64,000 nt of DNA from Verrucomicrobiota bacterium (GTDB taxonomy: Bacteria > Verrucomicrobiota > Verrucomicrobiia > Limisphaerales > JAFGQR01). Under the pieces are notes generated by a model that saw only the letters and a list, made by a program, of their open reading frames with translations, ran no database searches and was not told the DNA's origin. Shown here piece after piece: positions 10,201-18,592 of this stretch (its first letter is position 1; the number at the start of each line of letters is the position of its first letter). Both the position numbers and the translations under genes were made by a program. The DNA is taken from contig JAFGQR010000138.1 of assembly GCA_016935555.1 (NCBI GenBank), forward strand, positions 21,888-85,887, in the 5' to 3' direction.

Positions 10201-13200
10201 TCCGCCGTATGCCCAGTCCTGGTTCAGACCCGCGCTGGGTTCCCACACCGTCCACGTCGTGGCCGCCTTCGCCAGCGGCGCTCAAATCACCTCCGCCCCC
10301 GTCCGATTCGATGTCGTCACCTCCCCGCCCAAACCCCTCACCCAGCCCCTCGTCACGCTCGGCGCCTTTTGGAACTATTATGCCGGACCCGCCGGGGCGC
10401 CGGCGGGTTGGGCGGAACGGAGTTACGACGACTCGGGCTGGCCTGGCGGTTTCGCCGAGCTGGGCTACGGGGACGAACCGCCCGACGAAACGACGGCGAT
10501 TCCCTATGGCGACGACGCCGCCGACAAGTGGATCACCACCTGTTTCCGGCACGCCTTTGTCCTCAACGACCCTCGCGTCGTCACCAATCTGGTCCTCCAG
10601 CTCAAACGCGACGACGGCGCTCTCGTCTATCTCAACGGCCGGGAGATCCTCCGCGATGAAATGCCCGAGGGGGCCGTCACCGCGCAGACGCTCGCCCGCC
10701 GGGCGGTGTTGGACGACGGCAAGGAGGTGAAATCCTTTGCGTTGGATCCGGCGCCGCTTGTTCTCGGCACCAACGTGCTGGCGGTGGAAATCCACCAGTC
10801 CATGCCCAACAGCTCCGATCTGAGCTTCGACGCCGCGTTGACGGCCTGGATCGCCTCCAACCGGCCGCCGGGGGTCTGGCTGGCCTCGCCCGCTCCGGGC
10901 AGCGTCGTCTTCCTGCCGTCTCCCGCGCTGCTCGAGGCCCACGTGGCGACGGCTCCCGGCACCGCGCTTGCCACACTCCAATTCTACGACGGACCGAACC
11001 TGCTGGGCGAGACCGCGTCCCAGCCCTTCGCGTGGACCTGGCATGGCGCTCTTGGCGGCTGGCACGTCATCACCGCCGTCGCCACCGACACCGCCGGCAC
11101 CGCCTTCACCAGCGCGCCCGTGGCCATCGTCGCGGTCGCACCGCCCCTGACCCGCGCGCTGGTCTCCTTCGGCGAGCCCTGGCATTACTGGGATGAGGGC
11201 ACCGATCCCGGACCTGCCTGGGCCGAAGCCGACTTTCCCGATGCCTCGTGGAACGTCGGGCCGGGGCGCCTCGGGTACGGTCGCGACGGGGAAATCACCA
11301 CGCTCCGCAGCGGTCCCGATCCCGAGGAGCGGCATTTGACCGCCTGTTTCCGTCGCCGGTTCACCAACGAATGCGCCACGGCCTTTGCCGGCCTGCGGCT
11401 GCGGCTCATCCGCGATGACGGTGCCGCCGTTTATCTGGACGGCGTCGAGTGTTTCCGCACGAATCTGCCGCCAGGGCCGATCGGCATTCGCTCGCTCGCC
11501 ACCCAAATCGTCAGCGGCGCGGATGAGACCACGCCCGTGGAGGTGGTGTTGTCCAGGCCTGGGCTTGCGCCCGGGGTCCATGTGATCGCCGTCGAAATGC
11601 ACCAGGCCGCCCTGACGAGCAGCGATTTGGGCTTTGACTTGGAACTCACCGGTCTCATCGCCACCAACTCCGGCAATGCCATCTACCTCGTCTCCCCCCC
11701 GGCCGGCGCCCGGTTCACCGCCCCCGCCCCCGTTCCCTTGGCCGCCTATGCCCGCGCCTCGCATCCCATCGCGCGCGTTGACTTTTTCGAAGGCGGCACC
11801 CTGCTTGCCCAAGCCGCCGCCTCCCCGTACACCGTCGCCTGGAACGATCCGCCCCTCGGCTCCCACACCCTCGTCGCCGTCGCCACCGACACCAGCGGGG
11901 CCCGGATGACCTCCGGCCCCCTCGCGTTTGTCGTCGGCCCGCCCGCCGCCCCCATTGCCCCCGTCGCCGCCTCCTGCATCCCCGCCGGAGCCCAATGGTC
12001 CTTCTGGGACAGCCCCGACCCTGTCGGCACCGGCTGGCACAACCCCGCTTTCCAGGAGCACGGCTGGTCCGCGGGCTGGGCCCGCTTCGGCTGGGGGCTG
12101 GACGGCGAACTCACCCTGCTGACGGCGGGACGTGTGACGCATTATTTCCGGCGGTGGTTTGTGGTCGAGGAACCGGCGGCGCTGACCGAACTGGTGTTTG
12201 CCCTGGCCTGCGACGACGGCGCGATTGTCCGCTTGAACGGCCGCGAGGTGTTTCGCGTCAACCTGCCCGACGGAGCCCCCACTCCCTACACGACGGCGCT
12301 GGCCGCAGTGAATCCGCCCGCCGAAACCCTCTTCCTCGAACGCTGTCTGTCCACGGCAGCCTCGGGGCTCGTGAGCGGCAGCAACCTCGTGGCCGTCGAG
12401 CTGCACCAGCACAGCGCCACCAGTTCCGACGCCGGCTTCGACCTGGAACTGACGGCCCGTGGAACGACCGAGGCCCGCATTTACCTGGCGTCGCCTCCGG
12501 ACCATGTGCTGCTCAACAGCCCGGGCCCCGTGTGGATCGAAGCCATGGCGCAACCGCCCGCCGGTGCCACCGCCAGCCGGGTCGAGTTCTTCATCGATGG
12601 CGTCCGTGCGGGCGAATCCTTTGCCGCTCCCTACCGTTGCCTGTGGGTTGATCCGGCCTTGGGCACGCACCAACTCGAAGCCCGCCTCACCGACAGCCGC
12701 GGCGTCGTCCTCGACGCGGCACCACGCACCGTCGTCGTCGGCCCCGAACCCGTCACCGCCACCCTCATCGCGCGGCACGCGGTGTGGCACTACCTCGACA
12801 CGGGCGTCAACCTGGGCGCCGCCTGGGCCGACCCCGCCTATGACCACAGCGCCTGGCCCGCCGGCCCCGCGCGGCTGGGCTACGGAAACGACGGCGAAGT
12901 GACCGTTCTCGGCTACGGGCCCAATCCCGACGCCAAACCCATCACCGTCTATTTCCGGCGCACCTTTGTGGCGCCGGCCGGCGCGATCTACACCAATCTC
13001 GTCTTCCAACTTCAGCGCGACGACGGCGCCGTGGTCTGGCTCAACGGCGTCGAACTGTTCCGCAGCAACCTTCCCCAAACCCCCGTCGATTGCCTCACCC
13101 TCGCCTCCATCGCCGCCAGCGGCTCCGACGAACAGACCTTCTTCCCCGCCACCGTTGCCGCCACCGCGCTGCGTCCCGGCACCAACCTCCTCGCCGTCGA

Positions 13201-13498
13201 AATCCACCAGGTCAACGACTCCAGTTCCGACCTCGGGTTCGACCTCGAACTCGTCGGCCAGGGGTTTGTGGACCTGGCCGTTGTGCCCCTGTTGACCGTC
13301 ACGACCGACGACGGCTATCTCGAACTGTCCTGGCCCGAAACCCCCGTCGCCTGGCACCTGCTCACCGCCGCCGAATTGCACCCCGGCCCGGGCGGGTGGA
13401 CGCCCGTCCCCGTGGCCCCTGTCACCGCCGGCGGCCGGCATGTCGTCGCCCTGCGTTTCAACGGCCTCAAGGCCTTCTACCGCCTCGCGCCCCCCTGA
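7244..13498 (+). CDS. Giant secreted multidomain protein (2,084 aa): signal/anchor, metzincin-like Zn-protease domain, PKD domain, carboxypeptidase-regulatory-like domain, then 5 x (unassigned ~165-aa module + Ig-like domain)
   Basis: N-terminus is MKWNVIGSVALSGGLAVMGWFWGG. The zinc motif HELGHNLNLHH is at nt 8432-8464. The PKD signature is DPDGDALAYSWDFGDGNYSTDNSPSPTHVFTDEGEYVVHCAVSDMKGG (about 9000-9240). IRGRVLGTNGLPMAGAKVFV..GSDGTYTLSRLEPGTYTVVA is CarboxypepD_reg-like (about 9255-9400). Repeats are described in the next feature. Confidence 0.85.
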   Translation: MKWNVIGSVALSGGLAVMGWFWGGSADRPAGARLPPGSARRPAASAVSPRPPPPAATSRPSTPAAASPRMWGEALPATGPRVADWRQRDPFGAFADWRVRFEGTPPRARAALESEGRRLAQARLRALADLIQADPAEALRRSLPGDVRGSLPETLRPLVEFPVHTRAAYEVYGVLRLEGSPGPGMVRLARAGDREYLVFASGDALEHGTHPDRLIEGIAVPVAAASAPPAVPGAAPTHLLALDPRTVSWVDAGDDPPVAASSRTEGRKRFMVFRVDFPDYAGEVMTTNQALTLVSVLSDFMAQMSYGQFLVAPVGEGSVITPTMRLPNAADSYQHMGALLDACWAAAGALGFERSGFDDWFVCTAGKPAAGFAGLAYVGSEGFWLANRYWDVRTAAHELGHNLNLHHANWWNTGGRSMLGEGTVEEYGDPFDTMSSLGGGIRHFSAYNKNRTDWIPDSDCPRISGSGRYRLYAHDMGVPFGVRGLWFDRPSGGDYWLEFRQLWTANKALMNGVSLRWAGGSTTLLDFTPGSAGGKDDHAITIGRTFSDTNVALHITPIGKGHTHPESIDLIVHVGPFPDNHPPVAALSASLQTASSGQTLRFLADATDPDGDALAYSWDFGDGNYSTDNSPSPTHVFTDEGEYVVHCAVSDMKGGLAREALVVRIDAPLTATIRGRVLGTNGLPMAGAKVFVGSSRYAFTGSDGTYTLSRLEPGTYTVVAIEPVHGAHTFLAPVRNNPITVPPDVTDADFIAFHGPPPTQAPLVRKQAVWKYLDQGSVPGMGWNGVDFDDAAWGSGPSPLGYPGNEVSTLLSYGADPSHKPLAYYFRKRFTVPSPAAYTNLLLEVRRDDGVVLYLNGVEILRDNMPDGAVSHDTLASDTVSGGEETSYQTASVDAALLGPGDNVLAAEVHQAAPDSSDLAFDLALYGQSATNLAPLNLVYVAFPENRQSLVTPLNLPLNAIASSLGDAVTQVNFYADGAWLSSDTNPPYAQSWFRPALGSHTVHVVAAFASGAQITSAPVRFDVVTSPPKPLTQPLVTLGAFWNYYAGPAGAPAGWAERSYDDSGWPGGFAELGYGDEPPDETTAIPYGDDAADKWITTCFRHAFVLNDPRVVTNLVLQLKRDDGALVYLNGREILRDEMPEGAVTAQTLARRAVLDDGKEVKSFALDPAPLVLGTNVLAVEIHQSMPNSSDLSFDAALTAWIASNRPPGVWLASPAPGSVVFLPSPALLEAHVATAPGTALATLQFYDGPNLLGETASQPFAWTWHGALGGWHVITAVATDTAGTAFTSAPVAIVAVAPPLTRALVSFGEPWHYWDEGTDPGPAWAEADFPDASWNVGPGRLGYGRDGEITTLRSGPDPEERHLTACFRRRFTNECATAFAGLRLRLIRDDGAAVYLDGVECFRTNLPPGPIGIRSLATQIVSGADETTPVEVVLSRPGLAPGVHVIAVEMHQAALTSSDLGFDLELTGLIATNSGNAIYLVSPPAGARFTAPAPVPLAAYARASHPIARVDFFEGGTLLAQAAASPYTVAWNDPPLGSHTLVAVATDTSGARMTSGPLAFVVGPPAAPIAPVAASCIPAGAQWSFWDSPDPVGTGWHNPAFQEHGWSAGWARFGWGLDGELTLLTAGRVTHYFRRWFVVEEPAALTELVFALACDDGAIVRLNGREVFRVNLPDGAPTPYTTALAAVNPPAETLFLERCLSTAASGLVSGSNLVAVELHQHSATSSDAGFDLELTARGTTEARIYLASPPDHVLLNSPGPVWIEAMAQPPAGATASRVEFFIDGVRAGESFAAPYRCLWVDPALGTHQLEARLTDSRGVVLDAAPRTVVVGPEPVTATLIARHAVWHYLDTGVNLGAAWADPAYDHSAWPAGPARLGYGNDGEVTVLGYGPNPDAKPITVYFRRTFVAPAGAIYTNLVFQLQRDDGAVVWLNGVELFRSNLPQTPVDCLTLASIAASGSDEQTFFPATVAATALRPGTNLLAVEIHQVNDSSSDLGFDLELVGQGFVDLAVVPLLTVTTDDGYLELSWPETPVAWHLLTAAELHPGPGGWTPVPVAPVTAGGRHVVALRFNGLKAFYRLAPP
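9530..13260 (+). repeat. Intragenic array: five tandem units of (~165-aa module + ~90-aa Ig-like domain)
   Basis: Approximate module positions are 9530-10025, 10345-10850, 11160-11650, 11975-12458 and 12765-13260. Shared landmarks: W-x-Y-[LYW]-D, G-W, D-x-x-W, G-x-x-x-LGYG, [YC]FR[RK]xF, L-x-L-x-RDDG-[AV]-V-x-LNG-x-E, R-x-N-[ML]P, N-[VL]-[LI]-AVE-x-HQ, SSD-[LA]-x-FD. The intervening domains share A-x-P-Y-x-x-x-W and G-x-H-x-[LVI]-x-A-x-A-x-D-x-x-G. Confidence 0.8.
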
Positions 13499-13664
13499 AA
13501 CGACGCTGCGCCCTGACCGGGCCGTTCTCCACGGGTCCCCTGTCGCATGGCGGCATGGACCCACGACCGCCTTCAGGGCGTCGCGACGCGGCGCTCGAGT
13601 CAAGCCGCCTGGTTTGGAAGTGACGTCCCCAGCAGCAACAGCGGAAGTCACTTTTGCACGGACC

Positions 13665-13700
13665 CTTAGCCCGCATTTCTCAGTGCGCCGTGAGAAATGC
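13665..13700. repeat. Palindromic repeat family 1, copy A (inverted orientation): cTTAGCCCGCATTTCTCA-gtgcgccg-TGAGAAATGC
   Basis: 10-bp arms at 13673-13682 and 13691-13700 with an 8-nt loop, 167 nt after the stop of the giant gene 7244..13498. Related copies are at 26850, 50101 and 59030. Confidence 0.75.
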
Positions 13701-13814
13701 AGGTCAGGGGCGCACGCGGGCTGGAAGGGGGTTGCGGTTCCTGGGAAGGATACACGTCCAAAATTCGGACGTGAATCGAGGTCTTGAACCGCCGTCGATA
13801 TGGCGCAATTAAAC

Positions 13815-13849
13815 ATTGAAAATTAGAAATTGAAAATTTTCAATTGGGC
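13815..13849. repeat. AT-rich 7-bp-periodic array ATTGAAA ATTAGAA ATTGAAA ATTTTCA ATTGGGC, containing the 14-bp palindrome TTGAAAATTTTCAA (13830-13843)
   Basis: Read directly from the sequence. It is a sharp AT-rich island in GC-rich DNA, 54-88 nt upstream of the cvpA start. A related array in inverse orientation lies at 40155-40189. Confidence 0.7.
13816..13844 (+). promoter_or_regulatory. Putative sigma70-type promoter for cvpA-dnaG (TTGAAA -17 nt- TTCAAT)
   Basis: -35-like TTGAAA at 13816-13821, a 17-nt spacer, and -10-like TTCAAT at 13839-13844. It sits inside the AT-rich heptad island about 60 nt upstream of the GTG 13903 start, which has an AAGGAGG Shine-Dalgarno at 13887-13893. Motif match only. 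Confidence 0.3.
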
Positions 13850-13902
13850 CCTTCGGCAGCCCATGTGCTGCTCCTGGAAAGTCGCGAAGGAGGGGGAGGA
13901 AT

Positions 13903-14550
13903 GTGCCGATATACAGGTGTATGAGCCTGATGAAGCTGCAGGTGAACTGGGTGGACATTGCGGTGTTTCTGCTGGTGCTGGGGGGCGTGCTGCGGGGACG
14001 CGCGCGTGGGATGTCGCGGGAGTTGCTGGACATGGCGCAATGGCTGTTGGTGCTGGTGCTGGCCGCGGTGGTCTACGAGCCCGGCGGGCGCTGGCTGTCG
14101 GAGGTGACCCTGATGGGGCTGCTGTCCGGCTATGTGGGGGCGTATGGGCTGGTGGTGGTGCTGGTGATTCTGGGCTTTTCGCTGCTCCGCGGCCAGCTTG
14201 GCGAGAAGCTGAGCCAGCGCGACACGTTCGGCAAGGGCGAGTTCTATCTGGGAATGGCGGCGGGCGGGTTTCGGCATCTGTGCATGCTGCTGGTGTGTCT
14301 GGCGTTTCTCAACGCGCGCTATTTCACGCCCCAGGAACTGCAGGCGCAGCAGCGCTTCCAGATGGACAACTACGGCCACACCTATTTTCCCACGCTGGGC
14401 GGCATTCAGAACCAGGTGTTTGAACGGTCCTGCAGCGGGCGGCTGGTGCGCGATTACCTGCCGGCGGTTCTGATTCGCGCGACGGCGCCGGGGGAGCGCC
14501 CCGGTGCGGCTCACCCGCGCCACCGGCCCCGCGCGTCGTCGCGGGGTTGA
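13903..14550 (+). CDS. cvpA: CvpA family membrane protein
   Basis: NWVDIAVFLLVLGGVLRGRARGMSRELLDMAQWLLVLVLAAVVY matches the CvpA N-terminal pattern, followed by four predicted hydrophobic helices. GTG start at 13903 has AAGGAGG 9 nt upstream. In-frame ATGs at 13921 and 13930 are alternatives. Confidence 0.75.
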   Translation: MPIYRCMSLMKLQVNWVDIAVFLLVLGGVLRGRARGMSRELLDMAQWLLVLVLAAVVYEPGGRWLSEVTLMGLLSGYVGAYGLVVVLVILGFSLLRGQLGEKLSQRDTFGKGEFYLGMAAGGFRHLCMLLVCLAFLNARYFTPQELQAQQRFQMDNYGHTYFPTLGGIQNQVFERSCSGRLVRDYLPAVLIRATAPGERPGAAHPRHRPRASSRG

Positions 14551-14595
14551 ACGATGTGCTTGCCAAGAGGCGGGGGGTTCGGCCAGCCTTGAGGC

Positions 14596-16413
14596 ATGGC
14601 TGGGCTGGTGTCCCCTGCAACCATTGAACAAATCCGCGCCGCCAACGACATTGTCGACGTCATTGGCTCCTACCTGCCGTTGAAACGCGCCGGGGGCGCT
14701 TTTGTGACGCTGTGCCCGTTTCACAAGGAAAAGACCCCCAGCTTCCACGTCAACCCGCAGCGCCAGATCTTCCATTGCTTCGGCTGCCACAAGGGGGGCG
14801 ACGTGTTCACGTTCGTGCGCGAGTATGAAGGGCTGACCTTCATCGAGGCCGTGCGGCGCCTGGCTGAGCGCGCCAACATCCCGCTCGAGTCCGCGGCGGA
14901 CACCGGCGACGGCCAGGCGCGGCATGTCAAGGAGTCCTTGTGGAAGATCCACGAGCAGATCGCCCAGCATTGGCAGAAGATCCTCGCGGGCGGCGCCGGC
15001 GGGCAAATCGCCCGCGATTACCTCGCCCGCCGCGGAGTGTCGGAGGAGGCGGTGCGGTTGTTTCGGCTGGGCTATGCCCCCGAGGCCTGGGACGACACGG
15101 TTCAGTGGGCGCGCGGCGCGCAGCATCCCCTGGCGCTGGTCGAGCAGGCCGGCTTGATTCTGCGCAAGGAAGGCACCGACCGTGTCTACGACCGGTTTCG
15201 CGGCCGGCTCATGTTCCCGATCTGCGACGAACAGGGACGCGTGGTGGCCTTCAGCGGCCGCGTGCTGCGCGGCGACGAGAAGACCGCCAAATACGTCAAC
15301 TCGCCCGAAACGCCGATCTTCACCAAAAGCAGGATTTTCTACGGGCTCGACAAGTCGAAACGCGCCATCCTTGACGCGGGGTTTGCGGTGGTGTGCGAGG
15401 GGCAGCTGGATCTGATTACCGCCTACACCGGCGGCGTGAAAAATGTGGTGGCGCCCCAAGGGACGGCGCTCACGGCCGAGCACGCGCGCATTCTCAAGCG
15501 CTACGTGGACGAAGTGGTGCTGTGCTTCGATTCCGACACCGCGGGCCAGGAGGCCGCCGTGCGCGTGCTGGACAGCCTGCTGGCGTCGGGCCTGGCCATC
15601 CGTGTGGCCACCGTGCCCGCCCCGCACGACCCGGACAGTTTCATCAGGGCCCACGGCGGCCAGGCCTTCGCCCGGCTGGTCCGCGACGCCGAGGGCTTTT
15701 TCGATTTCTACCTGAACCATCTCTGCGCCGTGCACGAGGTCCGCACCGACAAGGGCCGGCTGGCCGTCGCCAGGGCAATGGGCGAGGCCCTGCGAAAGAC
15801 CGGCAGCGCCCTGCTCCTCGACACGCATGCGCAGAAAACCGCCCAGCGCCTCGGCGTGGCCGCCGAGGCCGTGCGGATCGAATTCAGCCGCGCGGCCCGA
15901 AGCCGCAGCCCGTCCGAGCCCCCGGAAGCGCGCGGCCCGGCGGACGCCGGCGCGGGGCCGCCGCCGCCTTCCGAGCGCGAGTTTTGGCTGCTCCGGTATC
16001 TGCTGCAGTCGGAGGACGCGGGCTGGGTGGCGGCGGAGCTGGACCTGGACTGGATCCGGCATCCGCTGGTGCGGCAGATTGTGGCGCGGCGGCTGGCGGC
16101 CCAGGCGGAGCACCGGGTGCAGGATGTGCCCTCGCTGCTGGCCGAGTGTCCCGATGCGCCTTCGCAAAGCCTGATTACGGAAGCGGTGGCGTGTGCGCCG
16201 ACGGCCGACGATCTTCCCCGCCGACTGGCCTCGACGCTGGAACTGCTCCGCAACGATGCTGTGGATCGGGAGCTGGCGCGCCTGACGCAACGGTTGGCGC
16301 AGCCGGGCCTGACGGAGCAGGAGCACCGCGAGATCGAAGTCCGGAAAGCCCGCTTGCGCGAGCGCAAGCGCCAGCCCATCCCTCAGGAGGCCCCAGCGGC
16401 AAGTCCGGCATGA
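14596..16413 (+). CDS. dnaG: DNA primase
   Basis: Zinc-ribbon CPFHKEKTPSFHVNPQRQIFHCFGCHKGGDVFTFV. The TOPRIM region has VVCEGQLDLI and VLCFDSDTAGQEAA. 605 aa. Confidence 0.95.
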   Translation: MAGLVSPATIEQIRAANDIVDVIGSYLPLKRAGGAFVTLCPFHKEKTPSFHVNPQRQIFHCFGCHKGGDVFTFVREYEGLTFIEAVRRLAERANIPLESAADTGDGQARHVKESLWKIHEQIAQHWQKILAGGAGGQIARDYLARRGVSEEAVRLFRLGYAPEAWDDTVQWARGAQHPLALVEQAGLILRKEGTDRVYDRFRGRLMFPICDEQGRVVAFSGRVLRGDEKTAKYVNSPETPIFTKSRIFYGLDKSKRAILDAGFAVVCEGQLDLITAYTGGVKNVVAPQGTALTAEHARILKRYVDEVVLCFDSDTAGQEAAVRVLDSLLASGLAIRVATVPAPHDPDSFIRAHGGQAFARLVRDAEGFFDFYLNHLCAVHEVRTDKGRLAVARAMGEALRKTGSALLLDTHAQKTAQRLGVAAEAVRIEFSRAARSRSPSEPPEARGPADAGAGPPPPSEREFWLLRYLLQSEDAGWVAAELDLDWIRHPLVRQIVARRLAAQAEHRVQDVPSLLAECPDAPSQSLITEAVACAPTADDLPRRLASTLELLRNDAVDRELARLTQRLAQPGLTEQEHREIEVRKARLRERKRQPIPQEAPAASPA

Positions 16414-16432
16414 CGTCGCGTCGCGGGACGAG

Positions 16433-17581
16433 ATGAGCTTCAAGCTGCTCAAGACCGACACGGGTTCGCGGGCGCGGCTGGGCCGGCTGGCGACGGCGCA
16501 CGGGGTGATTGAGACGCCGGCGTTCATGCCGGTGGGCACGCAGGGCAGCGTGAAGGCGCTGGACTGGCGGGAGCTGCGGGAGATGGGAGCCCAGGTGATT
16601 CTGGGCAACGCCTACCACCTGTTCCTCCGCCCCGGCCTGGACGTTGTCCGCCAGGCGGGCGGGTTGCACCGGTTCATCGGGTGGTCCGGGCCCATTCTCT
16701 CCGACAGCGGCGGCTTCCAGGTGTTCAGCCTCGCCAAAATCCGCAAGATCAAACCCCACGGGGTCGAATTCCGGTCGCACCTGGACGGGTCGCCCCTGTT
16801 CTTGGGTCCGAAAGAAGCCATGGCCATCCAGCGGGAATTGGGGTCGGACATCGCCATGGTCTTCGACGACTGCCCGTCCCACACGGCCACGCCCCGGGAA
16901 CTGCGCGCGGCGGTCGAGCGGACCGTGCGGTGGGCGGGGGAATGCCGCGCGCAGCCGCGCGCTGCGCTACAGATGGTGTTCGGGATCGTCCAGGGCGGGG
17001 CGAGTGCCGAGCTGCGCGCGCAATGCGCCGGCGCCCTGGTCGGCCTGGGGTTCGACGGCTACGCCATCGGCGGCGTCAGCGTGGGGGAGCCGGAATCGGA
17101 GATGATGCGCGCGATCGAGGTGACGGTGCCGCACCTGCCCGGGGACCGGCCACGGTATGCGATGGGGTTGGGAACACCGGCGCAGCTGGTGGAATTGGTG
17201 GCGCGGGGCGTGGACCTGTTCGACTGCGTGCTGCCCACGCGGATTGCGCGGAACGGGACGGCGTTCACGGCGCAGGGCAGCGTGAACATCAAAGCCGCGT
17301 TCAACAAGGCCGACTTCGGCCCGATCGAAGCGGGCTGCGCGTGTTTTGCCTGCCGCCACTTCAGCCGGGCTTACCTGCGGCATCTGCTCAAGGCGGAGGA
17401 AATCCTCGGCCTGCGCATGCTCAGCGTCCACAACTCACACCTCTTCCTCCAGTTAATGAGGGACATCCGCACCCACCTCGCCGCCGGCACGTTCGGCGAG
17501 TTCCGCCGCCGGTATGCGGCCACCTACGTGCCGACGCGCAAAGTGCTGGCGGGCCGGGCGCTGGCCGGGCTGGAACGATAG
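16433..17581 (+). CDS. tgt: tRNA-guanine transglycosylase (queuine tRNA-ribosyltransferase)
   Basis: GVIETPAFMPVGTQGSVKAL, LGNAYHL, DSGGFQV and the zinc site CxCxxC..H (CACFACRHFSRAYLRHL). 382 aa. Confidence 0.95.
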   Translation: MSFKLLKTDTGSRARLGRLATAHGVIETPAFMPVGTQGSVKALDWRELREMGAQVILGNAYHLFLRPGLDVVRQAGGLHRFIGWSGPILSDSGGFQVFSLAKIRKIKPHGVEFRSHLDGSPLFLGPKEAMAIQRELGSDIAMVFDDCPSHTATPRELRAAVERTVRWAGECRAQPRAALQMVFGIVQGGASAELRAQCAGALVGLGFDGYAIGGVSVGEPESEMMRAIEVTVPHLPGDRPRYAMGLGTPAQLVELVARGVDLFDCVLPTRIARNGTAFTAQGSVNIKAAFNKADFGPIEAGCACFACRHFSRAYLRHLLKAEEILGLRMLSVHNSHLFLQLMRDIRTHLAAGTFGEFRRRYAATYVPTRKVLAGRALAGLER

Positions 17582-17767
17582 CGCGGCGCCACCCCGGTCC
17601 GGGCCGCGCCGGGGTGAACCGGGGCGGGGAGGCGTGCAGAAGAGCGCCCCGGAAAGTGCGGCGCGTCCGGCCCGCGGAAACAAAGGCGCCGAAACCCTTT
17701 GACCAGCGGCCACCGTCGCGATACACAAGTGGCGGTGGCCGGCACCCGGCCGGGCACCGCATTCGAG

Positions 17768-18487
17768 ATGCAAGTTCCGATGAGTCTGCTGGCTGTGACG
17801 GACCTGCCTTACGTGTGGGAGAAAGCCACCCCCGAAGGCAAGGCCATCATTGTCGTGCTGGTGATTTTCTCGATTTTTGCGTGGTCGGTGATGACCTCGA
17901 AGGCGGTGCAGATGCGGCGGGGCAAGAGGCTCAACGGGTATTTCGAGGCGGAGTTTCGGACCCAGCGGCACGTGCTCGACGTCTACGACCGCCGGATGCA
18001 GGTGCCGGATTGCCCGCTTTATGTGGTCTACCAGGAAGGCTGCCGCGAGCTGGACACCCGCCTGCGCCAGGACAGCGGCGAGGGGCGGAAGCGTTATGTG
18101 TCGCTGAAAACGATGGAACATGTGAAACGCACGCTCGAGAACGCGGTGGCCCAACAGTCGCTGAAGCTCGAGTCGGGCCTGATCCTGCTGGCGATTGCGG
18201 TCAGCGGCGCGCCCTTTCTGGGGCTGCTGGGCACGGTGTGGGGCGTCATGAGCACCTTCAGCTATGTCGCCATCAAAGGCCGCGCCGACCTCGCCACCAT
18301 GGCCCCAGGTGTCGCCGCCGCCCTCGTCACCACCGTCGCCGGATTGCTGGTGGCCATCCCCTCGATGTTCGGTTACAACTGGCTGGTCCATACCTTGCGC
18401 GCGATGACCGTCGAGCTGGATAACTTCGCCCAGGAACTCGTCTCGCGGATGGAAACGGAGTATTTGAAGGACGATGACGTCGAATAA
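17768..18487 (+). CDS. tolQ: MotA/TolQ/ExbB proton-channel protein (TolQ by context)
   Basis: Internal ATG (MQVPMSLLAV..) of ORF 17699..18487. Motifs LGLLGTVWGVMSTF and APGVAAALVTTVAGLLVAIP. It is the first gene of a tolQRAB-pal-ordered cluster. Confidence 0.85.
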   Translation: MQVPMSLLAVTDLPYVWEKATPEGKAIIVVLVIFSIFAWSVMTSKAVQMRRGKRLNGYFEAEFRTQRHVLDVYDRRMQVPDCPLYVVYQEGCRELDTRLRQDSGEGRKRYVSLKTMEHVKRTLENAVAQQSLKLESGLILLAIAVSGAPFLGLLGTVWGVMSTFSYVAIKGRADLATMAPGVAAALVTTVAGLLVAIPSMFGYNWLVHTLRAMTVELDNFAQELVSRMETEYLKDDDVE

Positions 18488-18592
18488 CCATGGATGCCGC
18501 AGACCGGAGGCGGAAGTCCCGGCGCCCCGTGCCCGAGGCCGGCTCCGCCAGCACGCGGGCACCGGCTGACCTCCGGCACCCGGCATGCAGCC

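Noticed and set aside
7424-13816. 2,130-aa ORF on the minus strand spanning the whole first giant gene
   Set aside because: It is exactly antisense to a plus-strand protein with recognisable signal, metzincin, PKD and repeat domains. Its translation is Gly/Arg/Ala/Asp/Val-rich low-complexity with no motifs. Long stop-free antisense frames are expected in GC-rich genes with high GC3.
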